From contig NC_007335.2 of NCBI RefSeq assembly GCF_000012465.1, forward strand, positions 450,001 through 482,000: a stretch of DNA of 32,000 nt. The letters are read 5' to 3'. Below the pieces are notes generated by a model. It made no database searches. It was not told where the DNA came from and was given only the letters and a program-made list of their open reading frames with translations. This document shows, piece by piece, positions 19,156 through 27,358 of the stretch (its first letter is position 1; the number at the start of each line of letters is the position of its first letter). This DNA comes from Prochlorococcus marinus str. NATL2A (GTDB lineage Bacteria; Cyanobacteriota; Cyanobacteriia; PCC-6307; Cyanobiaceae). The translations under genes and the position numbers were made by a program.

Positions 19156-19356
19156 AGTTTAAGCCAAGAAAAGGATTGTATCTTTAATTAAGAAATCCCT
19201 TGTACTGACCCAATGAGTATCATCCTAAAAATGCCTTCTAGTCAACTAAGAATTTATATTCTTGACTTAAGAAAACTATCTTTGTAAGTTTTTTCAATCA
19301 AATTCTCTATTAATTTAGAGACGCTCATGAAATAAAACTAAATAAGTAGATGACTT

Positions 19357-19545
19357 TTAAGGACGAAAACCAGCAGGTTCTATAAGCCTAACTTGATTCC
19401 CACGAGCAGTGAACTCGCGACCTTGGTCGCTCTGCACTACAACTCGGCCACCTGATTTAACACGAATAACTCTAGCTCTGACCCAGCCTAATGCGGCTGA
19501 CTCAAGAACTTTTACGACATCGCCAGGTTGAAGATCCAACTCCAT
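19357..19545 (-). CDS. Small conserved-looking hypothetical protein, 62 aa (predicted SH3/KOW-like beta-barrel)
   Basis: Translation: MELDLQPGDVVKVLESAALGWVRARVIRVKSGGRVVVQSDQGREFTARGNQVRLIEPAGFRP. My hand count gives 92 G+C in 189 nt (about 49%). Third codon positions still lean A/T, consistent with real coding. The ORF is flanked by tRNA-Trp (35 nt upstream) and tRNA-Asp. Confidence 0.6.
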   Translation of the reverse strand: MELDLQPGDVVKVLESAALGWVRARVIRVKSGGRVVVQSDQGREFTARGNQVRLIEPAGFRP

Positions 19546-19580
19546 TCTTTAAAAAAGTAACTGCGGAAAGGGTTTTCGAA

Positions 19581-19653
19581 CGCGCCGTGGAGGACTTGAA
19601 CCCCCGACATCAGGTTTTGGAGACCTGCGTTCTACCAACTGAACTAACGGCGC
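19581..19653 (-). tRNA. trnW: tRNA-Trp (anticodon CCA), 73 nt, no encoded CCA
   Basis: Minus-strand sequence: GCGCCGTTAGTTCAGTTGGTAGAACGCAGGTCTCCAAAACCTGATGTCGGGGGTTCAAGTCCTCCACGGCGCG. It has acceptor GCGCCGT/ACGGCGC, anticodon stem CAGGT/ACCTG with loop CTCCAAA, and T-arm GGGGG-TTCAAGT-CCTCC. Confidence 0.93.
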
Positions 19654-19712
19654 ATTTTATATGCCCTTTAAATCATTGTTGAACAATGACTTTTGTTGAG
19701 GAGGCCGAAACC

Positions 19713-20201
19713 TCAGCGGTCGAAGCGCTGCTTGACGCGTGTGGCTTTGCCCACTCGCTCACGCAGATAGAAAAGCTTCGCTCTTCTTACTTTACCTCGG
19801 CGCTCAACCTTAATCGATGCAACTTGTGGACTGTGAACCAGAAAAATTCTCTCAACTCCTATTCCTTGGAAAATTCTCCTTACGGTAATTGTTTGATGAA
19901 TTCCTCCATGTCTCTTTGCTATTACGACACCCTCATAGGGCTGAACCCTCTCCTTATTGCCCTCACTAATTCGGACACCAACACGAACGGTATCTCCAAC
20001 GTAAACATCAGGGAGATCTTTGCCTAGTTGCGCATCTTCAAAAGTCTTTATTATTTCTGCAGGAGAGAGATTCTGAATTGAAATTTTCTTTCCTTTAGAT
20101 TTGGTTTCAGAAGCTGTTTTAACCTCAGAGTCCTCTGAAGCATTTGATTCATCTTCAATTTTTACCTCTTGTGATGAGGGCTCTTTCGAATCGACGGACA
20201 T
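19713..20201 (-). CDS. rplS: 50S ribosomal protein L19 with an ~45-residue acidic N-terminal extension
   Basis: The C-terminal ~115 aa ([37 protein letters not shown]...[10 protein letters not shown]...[20 protein letters not shown]) is canonical L19. The track begins at TTG 20207; I use the ATG at 20201 (MSVDSKEP...). Confidence 0.92.
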
Positions 20202-20502
20202 CACCAATTACTCTTTATTTGGCCGGACTTATATTGTAACCGCTGGTTTCTCAAATTAAAAATTTTTCATATATCTGATCTTTTCATCTCTATTTGACCA
20301 TGATTTTCAGATTTAGCTTTTATTCAGTCGTTGATTGAGCGTTGAAAAGAAAAACTAGTCTTTTCTCTCTTTTCTACAATATGGAAATTTTATTAAAGAA
20401 AAGAATTTTTTCAATGAAACTGTCCCTCTTCATTTGATAGTTTATCTATTATTAAATCATCAATAATGGCAAATTTTGAGGTTTTTACTTTTTTACTAAA
20501 CA

Positions 20503-21342
20503 ATGAATCTTTTCTCTGATCTTCTTTCTTCTGAAAACTCAAAAATCCCCATAAATAATGGCCCTGTAATTAAACAAAGGAGAGGGGTTGAAATTAAGTC
20601 TTCAAGAGAGATAGAAATTATGCGTAAATCCAGCAAAATAGTTGCAACTGTATTGAGTGAAATTAGAGACTTAGTTAAACCTGGAATGTCTACACTAGAT
20701 CTAGATAATTATGCTGAAAAACGAATAAGAGATCATGATGCAAAGCCAAGCTTCAAAGGATATCATGGCTTCCCAGGTAGTATATGTTCAAGCATAAATA
20801 ACGAAGTTGTTCATGGAATTCCGAGTAAGAAGAAGATTATTAATGATGGAGATTTGCTAAAAGTAGATACGGGAGCTTTTTATAATGGTTACCATGGCGA
20901 TAGTTGTATAACAATATGCGTAGGTAATACCTCAGATAAAGCAAACGAATTGAGTAGAGTCGCTAGAGAAGCTTTGATGCTTGGAATAAAACAAATTAGG
21001 CCACAAAACAAACTTCTTGATATTGCAGGTGCAATAGAAGATTATGTGAAAGCCAATGGTTTTAGTGTCGTCGAAGATTACACTGGGCATGGAGTAGGTA
21101 GAAACCTTCACGAAGAACCTTCGGTGTTTAATTTCAGAACTAATGATTTACCAAATGTTACTCTAAGAGAGGGGATGACTATTGCAGTGGAACCTATAAT
21201 TAATCTTGGGTCAAAACACTGTAAGACACTGAGTGATGGATGGACAGTCATTACAAAAGATGGAAATCTATCTGCTCAATGGGAACATACTGTTTTGGTT
21301 ACAAAAAATGGTTGCGAGATATTAACTGATAGAGGTGATTGA
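20503..21342 (+). CDS. map: Methionine aminopeptidase, type I
   Basis: 279 aa. The metal-ligand context matches MetAP I: VVHGIP, the D residues in [30 protein letters not shown] and QWEHTVLVT. Confidence 0.93.
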   Translation: MNLFSDLLSSENSKIPINNGPVIKQRRGVEIKSSREIEIMRKSSKIVATVLSEIRDLVKPGMSTLDLDNYAEKRIRDHDAKPSFKGYHGFPGSICSSINNEVVHGIPSKKKIINDGDLLKVDTGAFYNGYHGDSCITICVGNTSDKANELSRVAREALMLGIKQIRPQNKLLDIAGAIEDYVKANGFSVVEDYTGHGVGRNLHEEPSVFNFRTNDLPNVTLREGMTIAVEPIINLGSKHCKTLSDGWTVITKDGNLSAQWEHTVLVTKNGCEILTDRGD

Positions 21343-21344
21343 TT

Positions 21345-22109
21345 TTATTTTAAAGGGGTGGCATTTGAGTAAATTTTATTTATAAATCTTGAATATAATA
21401 TTCTAATTGATTCAACTAATGGCATTATTAAATGTGTTATGGGATTAGGAGATACTATTACTAAATAATCCTCTTTTTTTGCTTTTTGAACTATTTTTTT
21501 TGCCACAAATTCAGGGCTCATGATTCCTTGTGGATTTAATTTCGATTTAAAAGGACCTAATATTAATTTTTTGATGATAAAAGAATTTCTTTTTTCCATT
21601 AATAATTTACTTTTTTTTAAACTTATAAGTTCACCTATTAGACGTTTTGTTATTTCATATACTGGACTAAAAGCTATTTGAATCTCTGCTTCAGATGTAT
21701 TTACCCATATTTCCTTAGAATTGTACTTATTTAAATTATTTGATAGGGCTAAATCCTCAAAGATTTCTATTAATCTCAAATGACTAAGGGAATTTATTTC
21801 TAAGGCTTTATTTATTTCATTTGATTCAATCATTCCTTTTGGATTAAATCCATGATTAAGTATTAAGATGTCAATATTAGCGAGAATACTTGAAAGGAGT
21901 CTTTCTTTTCCACAGGACCATAGAATCCATTCGTCAGGTTTGCCTCCCTCAGAGTTACTATCATTCTTTTTGTCATGAGTTAAGCCAATTAGATAAGCCC
22001 CTTCTTTTTTTAGAACCTCAATAAGAGACTTGCCTAGGCTTCCATTCGCACCGGTTATGGCAATTTTTAAACCTTTAAACCTTGATTTGTCTGACAAGCT
22101 TTTTTTCAT
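21345..22109 (-). CDS. Short-chain dehydrogenase/reductase family protein (atypical)
   Basis: 254 aa. It has a Rossmann motif ITGANGSLGKSL and a YxxxK-like VYEITK. The substrate is not inferable. Its stop lies 2 nt from the map stop. Confidence 0.7.
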   Translation of the reverse strand: MKKSLSDKSRFKGLKIAITGANGSLGKSLIEVLKKEGAYLIGLTHDKKNDSNSEGGKPDEWILWSCGKERLLSSILANIDILILNHGFNPKGMIESNEINKALEINSLSHLRLIEIFEDLALSNNLNKYNSKEIWVNTSEAEIQIAFSPVYEITKRLIGELISLKKSKLLMEKRNSFIIKKLILGPFKSKLNPQGIMSPEFVAKKIVQKAKKEDYLVIVSPNPITHLIMPLVESIRILYSRFINKIYSNATPLK

Positions 22110-22259
22110 TTAGTTGAATGCATTGTATTTCTTGTGAAAAAATCAGGAATTACTGGGTAATCTTTGTCTAATTAGAATTTTATACAGATTTAGTGTTGAG
22201 AACTTTTTTAAAAAGCCTAAACTTATAAAGTTATTTATCTCCCATCAGGTCTTTAATTA

Positions 22260-23351
22260 ATGAGCAAGACCTTTCTGATTGGATCATGCGAACCATTTAG
22301 CGGTAAGTCAGCATTAGTTCTTGGCATAGCAAGGAATTTAATTGCTTCCAATCATATGGTTAGATTTGGTAAACCATTAGCCACAAGCCTTGAATTAAAT
22401 GTCTCTGAAAGAGGAGACATTCAAGATATGATTGATGATGATGTCAGATTCGTTGGGGAGACATTACAATTATCTCCTGAGAATTTAATTCCTTCCATTC
22501 AATTTTTGGCGGCTTCTACTGCTAATGAGAGGATTCAAAAAAATATCTTAGATCCGGGGGGGGGGGTTGACGAGTTCCAGCTATCTCTTAATTCTTCTGG
22601 TGAGGCTATCAATATTCTTGAAGCAGCAGGTAGTTTGCATGAGGGGCTATTGTATGGATTAAGTCTCCCTCAACTTGCTAAAGGTTTAAAGGCTAAAGTT
22701 TTACTTGCTCATTTCTGGCAAGATAGTAGAAGTGTTGAAGCTTTATTGGAGGCTAAAAATCAGCTAGGAGACCATCTAAGTGGTGTTATTTTAAATGCGG
22801 TTAACCCTGATCAAATCAAAGATATTAAAGAAAATATAGTTCCATCTCTTAAGGCATTAGGTTTAGAGATCTTTGGAGTAATGCCTAGGTCTCCTTTGTT
22901 GAGGAGTGTCACTGTTGAAGAATTGGTGAGACGTTTAAATGCTCGAGTTATTTGTTGTTCTGACAGGCTTGAGTTGATGGTCGAGACATTAAGCATAGGG
23001 GCGATGAGTGTTAATTCTGCAATGGAATTTTTTCGAAGAAGGCGTAATATGGCCGTAGTGACCGGAGCAGATCGAACAGATATACAATTGGCTGCTTTGG
23101 AAGCTTCGACTCAATGTTTAATATTAACAGGAGCTGGCGAACCTCTACCACAATTGATTAATAGATCAGAAGAGTTAGATGTTCCATTGCTAAAAGTTGA
23201 TAGAGATACTCTTTCAACAGTTGAGGTCATTGAACAAGCCTTTGGTCATGTTCGTCTTCATGAGACAGTCAAAGCTACTTATGCTTTTCGTTTAGTACAA
23301 GAACATTGCGATCTCGATCGAATCTTTAAAACTTTAGGAATTTCTTCTTGA
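22260..23351 (+). CDS. Stand-alone phosphotransacetylase N-terminal regulatory-domain-like protein (BioD-like P-loop/AAA_26 plus DRTGG), no PTA_PTB catalytic domain
   Basis: 363 aa. It has the P-loop GSCEPFSGKSALVLGIA. The C-terminal third (MAVVTGADRTDIQLAALEAS...LILTGAG) matches the DRTGG motif. The ORF ends without an acetyltransferase domain. Confidence 0.72.
   Translation: MSKTFLIGSCEPFSGKSALVLGIARNLIASNHMVRFGKPLATSLELNVSERGDIQDMIDDDVRFVGETLQLSPENLIPSIQFLAASTANERIQKNILDPGGGVDEFQLSLNSSGEAINILEAAGSLHEGLLYGLSLPQLAKGLKAKVLLAHFWQDSRSVEALLEAKNQLGDHLSGVILNAVNPDQIKDIKENIVPSLKALGLEIFGVMPRSPLLRSVTVEELVRRLNARVICCSDRLELMVETLSIGAMSVNSAMEFFRRRRNMAVVTGADRTDIQLAALEASTQCLILTGAGEPLPQLINRSEELDVPLLKVDRDTLSTVEVIEQAFGHVRLHETVKATYAFRLVQEHCDLDRIFKTLGISS
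22556..22566 (+). repeat. G11 homopolymer inside the coding region (encodes P-G-G-G-V)
   Basis: The sequence reads gatccGGGGGGGGGGGttgac. I counted 11 consecutive G. The frame is intact at this length. Confidence 0.95.
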
Positions 23352-23391
23352 GTTGATGAATAATGGCTACCTTTAAATTATCTGAATTAGT

Positions 23392-23910
23392 ATGTCCTTG
23401 AGTCGATCACTCGATCTTCCTGCATTGGGACGAGTTGATACTCTCGCTCAGGAATTGGCCTTGTTGAAAAACGAGGGGAAAAGAAGAATTGCTTTTTTAG
23501 GTAGTCGGCATGTACCTGTAGTTTCTATTCATATTGTTGAATTAATAGCTAGGTCTTTGGCTCAAGAAGGCCATTCGATAATCACTTCAGGCTCTCAAGG
23601 TGTAAATGCTGCAGTCATTAGAGCGGTTCTAGATGTTAACCCCTCTCTATTAACTGTTTTGCTGCCTCAGTCTCTTGACAGGCAAACTGCAGAGGTAAAG
23701 GATCTTCTTGGTAGCGTTTTACATCTAATAGAGAAAGAAGACAATAATGATTTACCTTTGCCAATGGCAAGCAGTCTTTGTAATCAAGAAATTATTAACA
23801 GATGTGATCAATTAATTTGTTTCGCATTTCATGATAGTGAAACATTATTGAGTAGTTGCCATAGTGCCGAAGATATGGGGAAAGTAGTGAGCCTTATGTT
23901 TTTTGATTGA
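23392..23910 (+). CDS. DprA/Smf-like Rossmann-fold (SLOG-type) protein, stand-alone 172 aa
   Basis: RIAFLGSRHVPVVSIHIVELIARSLAQEGHSIITSGSQGVNAAVIRAVL resembles the DprA core (G.R......a...a..la..g..vvSG.A.GiDaaaH.gaL). It lacks the SAM-like N-terminal and winged-helix C-terminal domains of full DprA. The assignment is tentative. Confidence 0.5.
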   Translation: MSLSRSLDLPALGRVDTLAQELALLKNEGKRRIAFLGSRHVPVVSIHIVELIARSLAQEGHSIITSGSQGVNAAVIRAVLDVNPSLLTVLLPQSLDRQTAEVKDLLGSVLHLIEKEDNNDLPLPMASSLCNQEIINRCDQLICFAFHDSETLLSSCHSAEDMGKVVSLMFFD

Positions 23911-24035
23911 TTTTCAATTAAAGACAATCATCTACCTATTGATACTTTTTCTTAACCTACGAAATATCTCACAATTATATTTACAAGCAATCTTGGCTTT
24001 TTTTCATAAAATGGTGAAAACAAATAGAAATTTTT

Positions 24036-24533
24036 ATGCCCTCTTCTTATTCTTTTGACGTGGTTTCAGAATTTGATCAGCAGGAATTAGTAAATGCTAT
24101 TGATCAATTGAGGAGAGAAGTTGATCAAAGGTATGATCTAAAAGACTCAAAGACAAAAATTGACATTAAAGAAGATGAACTATCTATTGTTTCTCTCAGC
24201 GATATGACAATTGAATCTGTAAAAGATATTTTATTACAAAAAGCTACTAAAAGAAATTTGTCATTAAAGATATTTGATTTTCAAAAGATTGAAACTATAG
24301 GAGGAAATATGGTAATGCAAATTGTTAAACTAAAGAAAGGTCTTTCTCAAGAAATATCAAAAAAATTAAGTAAGTTAGTCCGAGATAATATGAAGAAAGT
24401 AACTGCATCAATACAAGGAGATAGTTTGAGAATTACAGGAAAAAATAAAGATGATTTACAAGCTGCAATTAATTTAATTAAGAAACAGGAGGAGGAATTC
24501 GATATAGCTCTTCAATTCCAAAATTATAGATAG
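24036..24533 (+). CDS. yajQ: YajQ-family (UPF0234) nucleotide-binding protein
   Basis: 165 aa. N-terminal PSSYSFDVVSEFDQQELVNAIDQLRREVDQRYDLK and the two-repeat ferredoxin-like organisation are characteristic of the family. Confidence 0.85.
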   Translation: MPSSYSFDVVSEFDQQELVNAIDQLRREVDQRYDLKDSKTKIDIKEDELSIVSLSDMTIESVKDILLQKATKRNLSLKIFDFQKIETIGGNMVMQIVKLKKGLSQEISKKLSKLVRDNMKKVTASIQGDSLRITGKNKDDLQAAINLIKKQEEEFDIALQFQNYR

Positions 24534-24574
24534 TTTATGAATATATAGAAACTTTAGTTATTCAGTTTTTTGCC

Positions 24575-24769
24575 ATGGATTCATTAATAAAAAAACTTTC
24601 TAAAAAAGCAATTGACTTATCAGGAAAGTCAAAAAAAGAACTAGAAAGAACATGTTGGATGATTGTTCATGAGTATAAGCATGGAGCAATGCCAACGGAA
24701 TATGATATTAGAGAGATTGATGAAGAACTATATTTACAGGTTTTAAGCGTAGCTAAAGAGATGATTTAA
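24575..24769 (+). CDS. Hypothetical protein, 64 aa
   Basis: ATG-initiated ORF 41 nt after yajQ on the same strand. The product is charged and helical-looking. No family was recognised. Confidence 0.4.
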   Translation: MDSLIKKLSKKAIDLSGKSKKELERTCWMIVHEYKHGAMPTEYDIREIDEELYLQVLSVAKEMI

Positions 24770-24907
24770 CTAAACGAGGAAGGATATTTTTAGTTACCGA
24801 AATGCTCTTCATGCTAATGCTTAAATATTAGGTAATTATTTTTTCTGCCTAACAAATTAAACAATTTTGATTAAATCAACATAAAATCTTTTTAGATAAT
24901 ATTTTTT

Positions 24908-25711
24908 ATGACAACTCCATTTCGTAATGTGACTCCGAATGGACCAGGTGGCACAACAACTCTTCTACTTGTCCTTTCCTTTACTGGTTTTTTACTTCTT
25001 ACTCAAGCATTTTTTGTCGTTCCGGCTGGTCAGGTTTCAGTAGTAACTACATTAGGAAAAGTCAGTGGGGGCTCACGCAAACCTGGTTTGAATTTTAAAG
25101 TTCCTTTTGTTCAAAATACCTATCCATTTAATGTGCAAACTCAAGTTAGACCAGAAAAATTTGATTCATTAACAAAAGATTTGCAAGTTATTTCTGCAAC
25201 CGCCACTGTTAAATATGCTCTAAAACCTAATGAGGCTGGAAGAGTCTTTAAAACTATCTCTTATAACGACAGAGAGATATATAACAGGATTATTCAACCA
25301 TCACTACTTAAAGCACTCAAGTCAGTCTTCTCAAAGTATGAGTTGGTAACCATAGCTAGTTCTTGGAGTGATATTTCAGAATTAGTAGAGGATACGGTTG
25401 CAGAGGAACTAAATAAGTTTGACTATGTTGATGTTCAATCTCTTGATTTAACTGGTTTAACAATTGCAGATGAATATCGAGCAGCTATTGAACAAAAACA
25501 GATTGCTGAGCAGCAATTATTGAGAGCTCAAACCGAAGTTAAAATTGCAGAGCAAGAAGCTCTTAGATACGACACTCTAAATAAAAGTCTTGATGATCAA
25601 GTTCTTTTCAAATTGTTTTTAGATAAATGGAATGGTGAGACACAAGTTGTTCCTTCATTGCCAGGAAACGGTTCAGGAAATGTTCCTGTAATTGTTAGAG
25701 GAAAAAACTAA
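24908..25711 (+). CDS. SPFH/band 7 (prohibitin-like) membrane protein
   Basis: 267 aa. An N-terminal TM anchor is followed by VVPAGQVSVVTTLGKV...GLNFKVPFVQ (the SPFH core) and a C-terminal coiled-coil AIEQKQIAEQQLLRAQTEVKIAEQEA. Confidence 0.85.
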   Translation: MTTPFRNVTPNGPGGTTTLLLVLSFTGFLLLTQAFFVVPAGQVSVVTTLGKVSGGSRKPGLNFKVPFVQNTYPFNVQTQVRPEKFDSLTKDLQVISATATVKYALKPNEAGRVFKTISYNDREIYNRIIQPSLLKALKSVFSKYELVTIASSWSDISELVEDTVAEELNKFDYVDVQSLDLTGLTIADEYRAAIEQKQIAEQQLLRAQTEVKIAEQEALRYDTLNKSLDDQVLFKLFLDKWNGETQVVPSLPGNGSGNVPVIVRGKN

Positions 25712-25730
25712 TTATCCTTTCAAAATTACT

Positions 25731-25772
25731 AAAAAAAGTCCAATCCAAGTTTTACTTGAATTGGATTTTTTT
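25731..25772. terminator. Bidirectional intrinsic terminator between the band-7 gene and hemL
   Basis: A7-G-TCCAATCCAAG-(ttttа loop)-CTTGAATTGGA-T7 forms an 11-bp core stem with one mismatch. The A-run and T-run flanks place a U-tract after the stem on either strand. It overlaps the hemL stop codon (25771-25773). Confidence 0.7.
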
Positions 25773-27069
25773 ATGACATTTCAGAAAAGATTTCTTTAAA
25801 AGCTTTTATTGTCGCATTTATATCATCTTCAGAATGAGCAAGTGATGTAAAACCAGCTTCAAATGCACTTGGAGCTAGATAAACACCCTTTTGAAGCATC
25901 AGTCTATGAATTTTACTGAATAGTTCAGTGTCAGAAGATTTGGCTTCCTCAAAGTTTCTAACAGGGCCCTCACATAAGTAAAAACCGAACATAGCGCTAA
26001 TGCTCTGACCATAAATAGGAATATTTGATTCTTTAGCAGCAGTGAGGATCCCATCCAAAAGCTTTTTTGTAATAGCTTCTAATTTTTCATATGTTCCTTC
26101 TTGTTTAAGCAGTTCAAGAGTTTTAATACCTGCTGTCATGGCAAGAGGATTTCCGCTCAAAGTACCTGCTTGATACATTGGACCGGATGGTGAGACCATT
26201 GACATGATTTCTTTACGGCCTCCATAAGCTCCTACTGGAAGGCCACCCCCAATTACTTTACCCATAGTCGTCAAATCAGGGGTAACTCCAAAACGCTCTT
26301 GTGCTCCCCCATAGCTGATTCGAAAACCAGTCATTACCTCATCAAAAACCAAAAGAGCACCGTTCTCTTGAGTTACCTCTCTTAATCCTTCTAAGAATCC
26401 TGGCTCAGGTGTTATGAAGCCTGCATTCCCCACAACAGGCTCAAGTATGACTCCTGAAATAGCATCAGGGTTTTCAGCAAATAGTTCTTTGACTGCTTCA
26501 AGATCGTTATAAGGAGCAGTAAGTGTATTGGCTGTTGTACTTCTTGGTACACCTGGTGAGTCTGGCAAACCAAGTGTTGCTACTCCTGAGCCAGCTTTCA
26601 CTAAAAACATATCTGCATGTCCGTGATAGCAGCCCTCAAACTTGATAACTTTATCTCTTCCAGTGAAGGCTCTCATTAAACGGAGAACAGCCATACATGC
26701 TTCAGTACCACTATTGACGAAGCGGACCATTTCAACGCTAGGTACGGCATCTATAACCATTTCAGCGAGCTGGTTTTCCAGAACACAAGGTGCTCCGAAG
26801 CTCGTACCTTTTTCAAGTGTTTCTTGAAGGGCTGCTATTACCTCAGGGTGAGCATGGCCACAAATCGCAGGCCCCCAACTGCCAACATAGTCGATGTATC
26901 TGTTCCCATCAACATCCCAAGCATAGGGACCTTTAACTCGATCAAAAACGATTGGATCCCCTTCAACAGATTTGAAAGCCCTTACAGGTGAACTGACTCC
27001 ACCAGGCATCAAATTTTTGGCAGCACCAAAAATCTCTTCAGATCTTTTTGTGTTCAACGCGTCTGTCAC
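25771..27069 (-). CDS. hemL: Glutamate-1-semialdehyde 2,1-aminomutase (C5 tetrapyrrole pathway)
   Basis: 432 aa with a GTG start. Signatures present: [29 protein letters not shown] and [18 protein letters not shown] (the PLP lysine). Confidence 0.95.
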   Translation of the reverse strand: MTDALNTKRSEEIFGAAKNLMPGGVSSPVRAFKSVEGDPIVFDRVKGPYAWDVDGNRYIDYVGSWGPAICGHAHPEVIAALQETLEKGTSFGAPCVLENQLAEMVIDAVPSVEMVRFVNSGTEACMAVLRLMRAFTGRDKVIKFEGCYHGHADMFLVKAGSGVATLGLPDSPGVPRSTTANTLTAPYNDLEAVKELFAENPDAISGVILEPVVGNAGFITPEPGFLEGLREVTQENGALLVFDEVMTGFRISYGGAQERFGVTPDLTTMGKVIGGGLPVGAYGGRKEIMSMVSPSGPMYQAGTLSGNPLAMTAGIKTLELLKQEGTYEKLEAITKKLLDGILTAAKESNIPIYGQSISAMFGFYLCEGPVRNFEEAKSSDTELFSKIHRLMLQKGVYLAPSAFEAGFTSLAHSEDDINATIKAFKEIFSEMS

Positions 27070-27328
27070 AGCACCTCAGCGAATGAGCTCATAAACACAG
27101 TCAGTCATAATGGCCTAAAAGTGACTGATTCGTCTAAATTTTTGAATCTGTTCAGCATCTGGTTATTTTTTTTAATCCTTAATAAATTCTATCTTCCTAA
27201 TTGAACTTAAGCTTAAAAACAAGTAGCAGTAATACTTCCTTGGATATTATGCCCTGTAATTTCAATCGTTTTTGGCTAATTGTAAATATTTGATTTGTTA
27301 ATTCTGTGATGATTTGAAAATAGAAAAC

Positions 27329-27358
27329 AAATGAATTTTTTAGAAGAAAAATTCATTT
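27329..27358 (-). terminator. xthA intrinsic terminator, 12-bp perfect stem overlapping the last xthA codons
   Basis: The plus strand reads AAATGAATTTTT-tagaag-AAAAATTCATTT. On the minus-strand RNA the stem is followed by GUUUUCUAUUUUC. The stop codon (27340-27342) straddles the junction between the loop and the 3' arm. Confidence 0.6.

Noticed and set aside
19254-19328. 24-codon minus-strand ORF (MSVSKLIENLIEKTYKDSFLKSRI) between orf62 and tRNA-Asp
   Set aside because: It is too short to distinguish from chance in AT-rich DNA. It has no recognisable motif or ribosome-binding context, and I mention it only as a possibility.
19082-19653. tRNA-flanked segment as a genomic island or integrated mobile element
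   Set aside because: There is no integrase, no partial tRNA duplication or direct repeats, and the segment holds only one tiny ORF. The layout looks like a native mixed tRNA/mRNA operon.
19686-20027. 113-aa plus-strand ORF
   Set aside because: It is antisense to rplS, whose L19 core is unambiguous.
24011-24058. 15-codon upstream ORF (MVKTNRNFYALFLFF) overlapping the yajQ start out of frame
   Set aside because: It is very short and I cannot see any conservation evidence. It is probably a fortuitous ATG in the leader.
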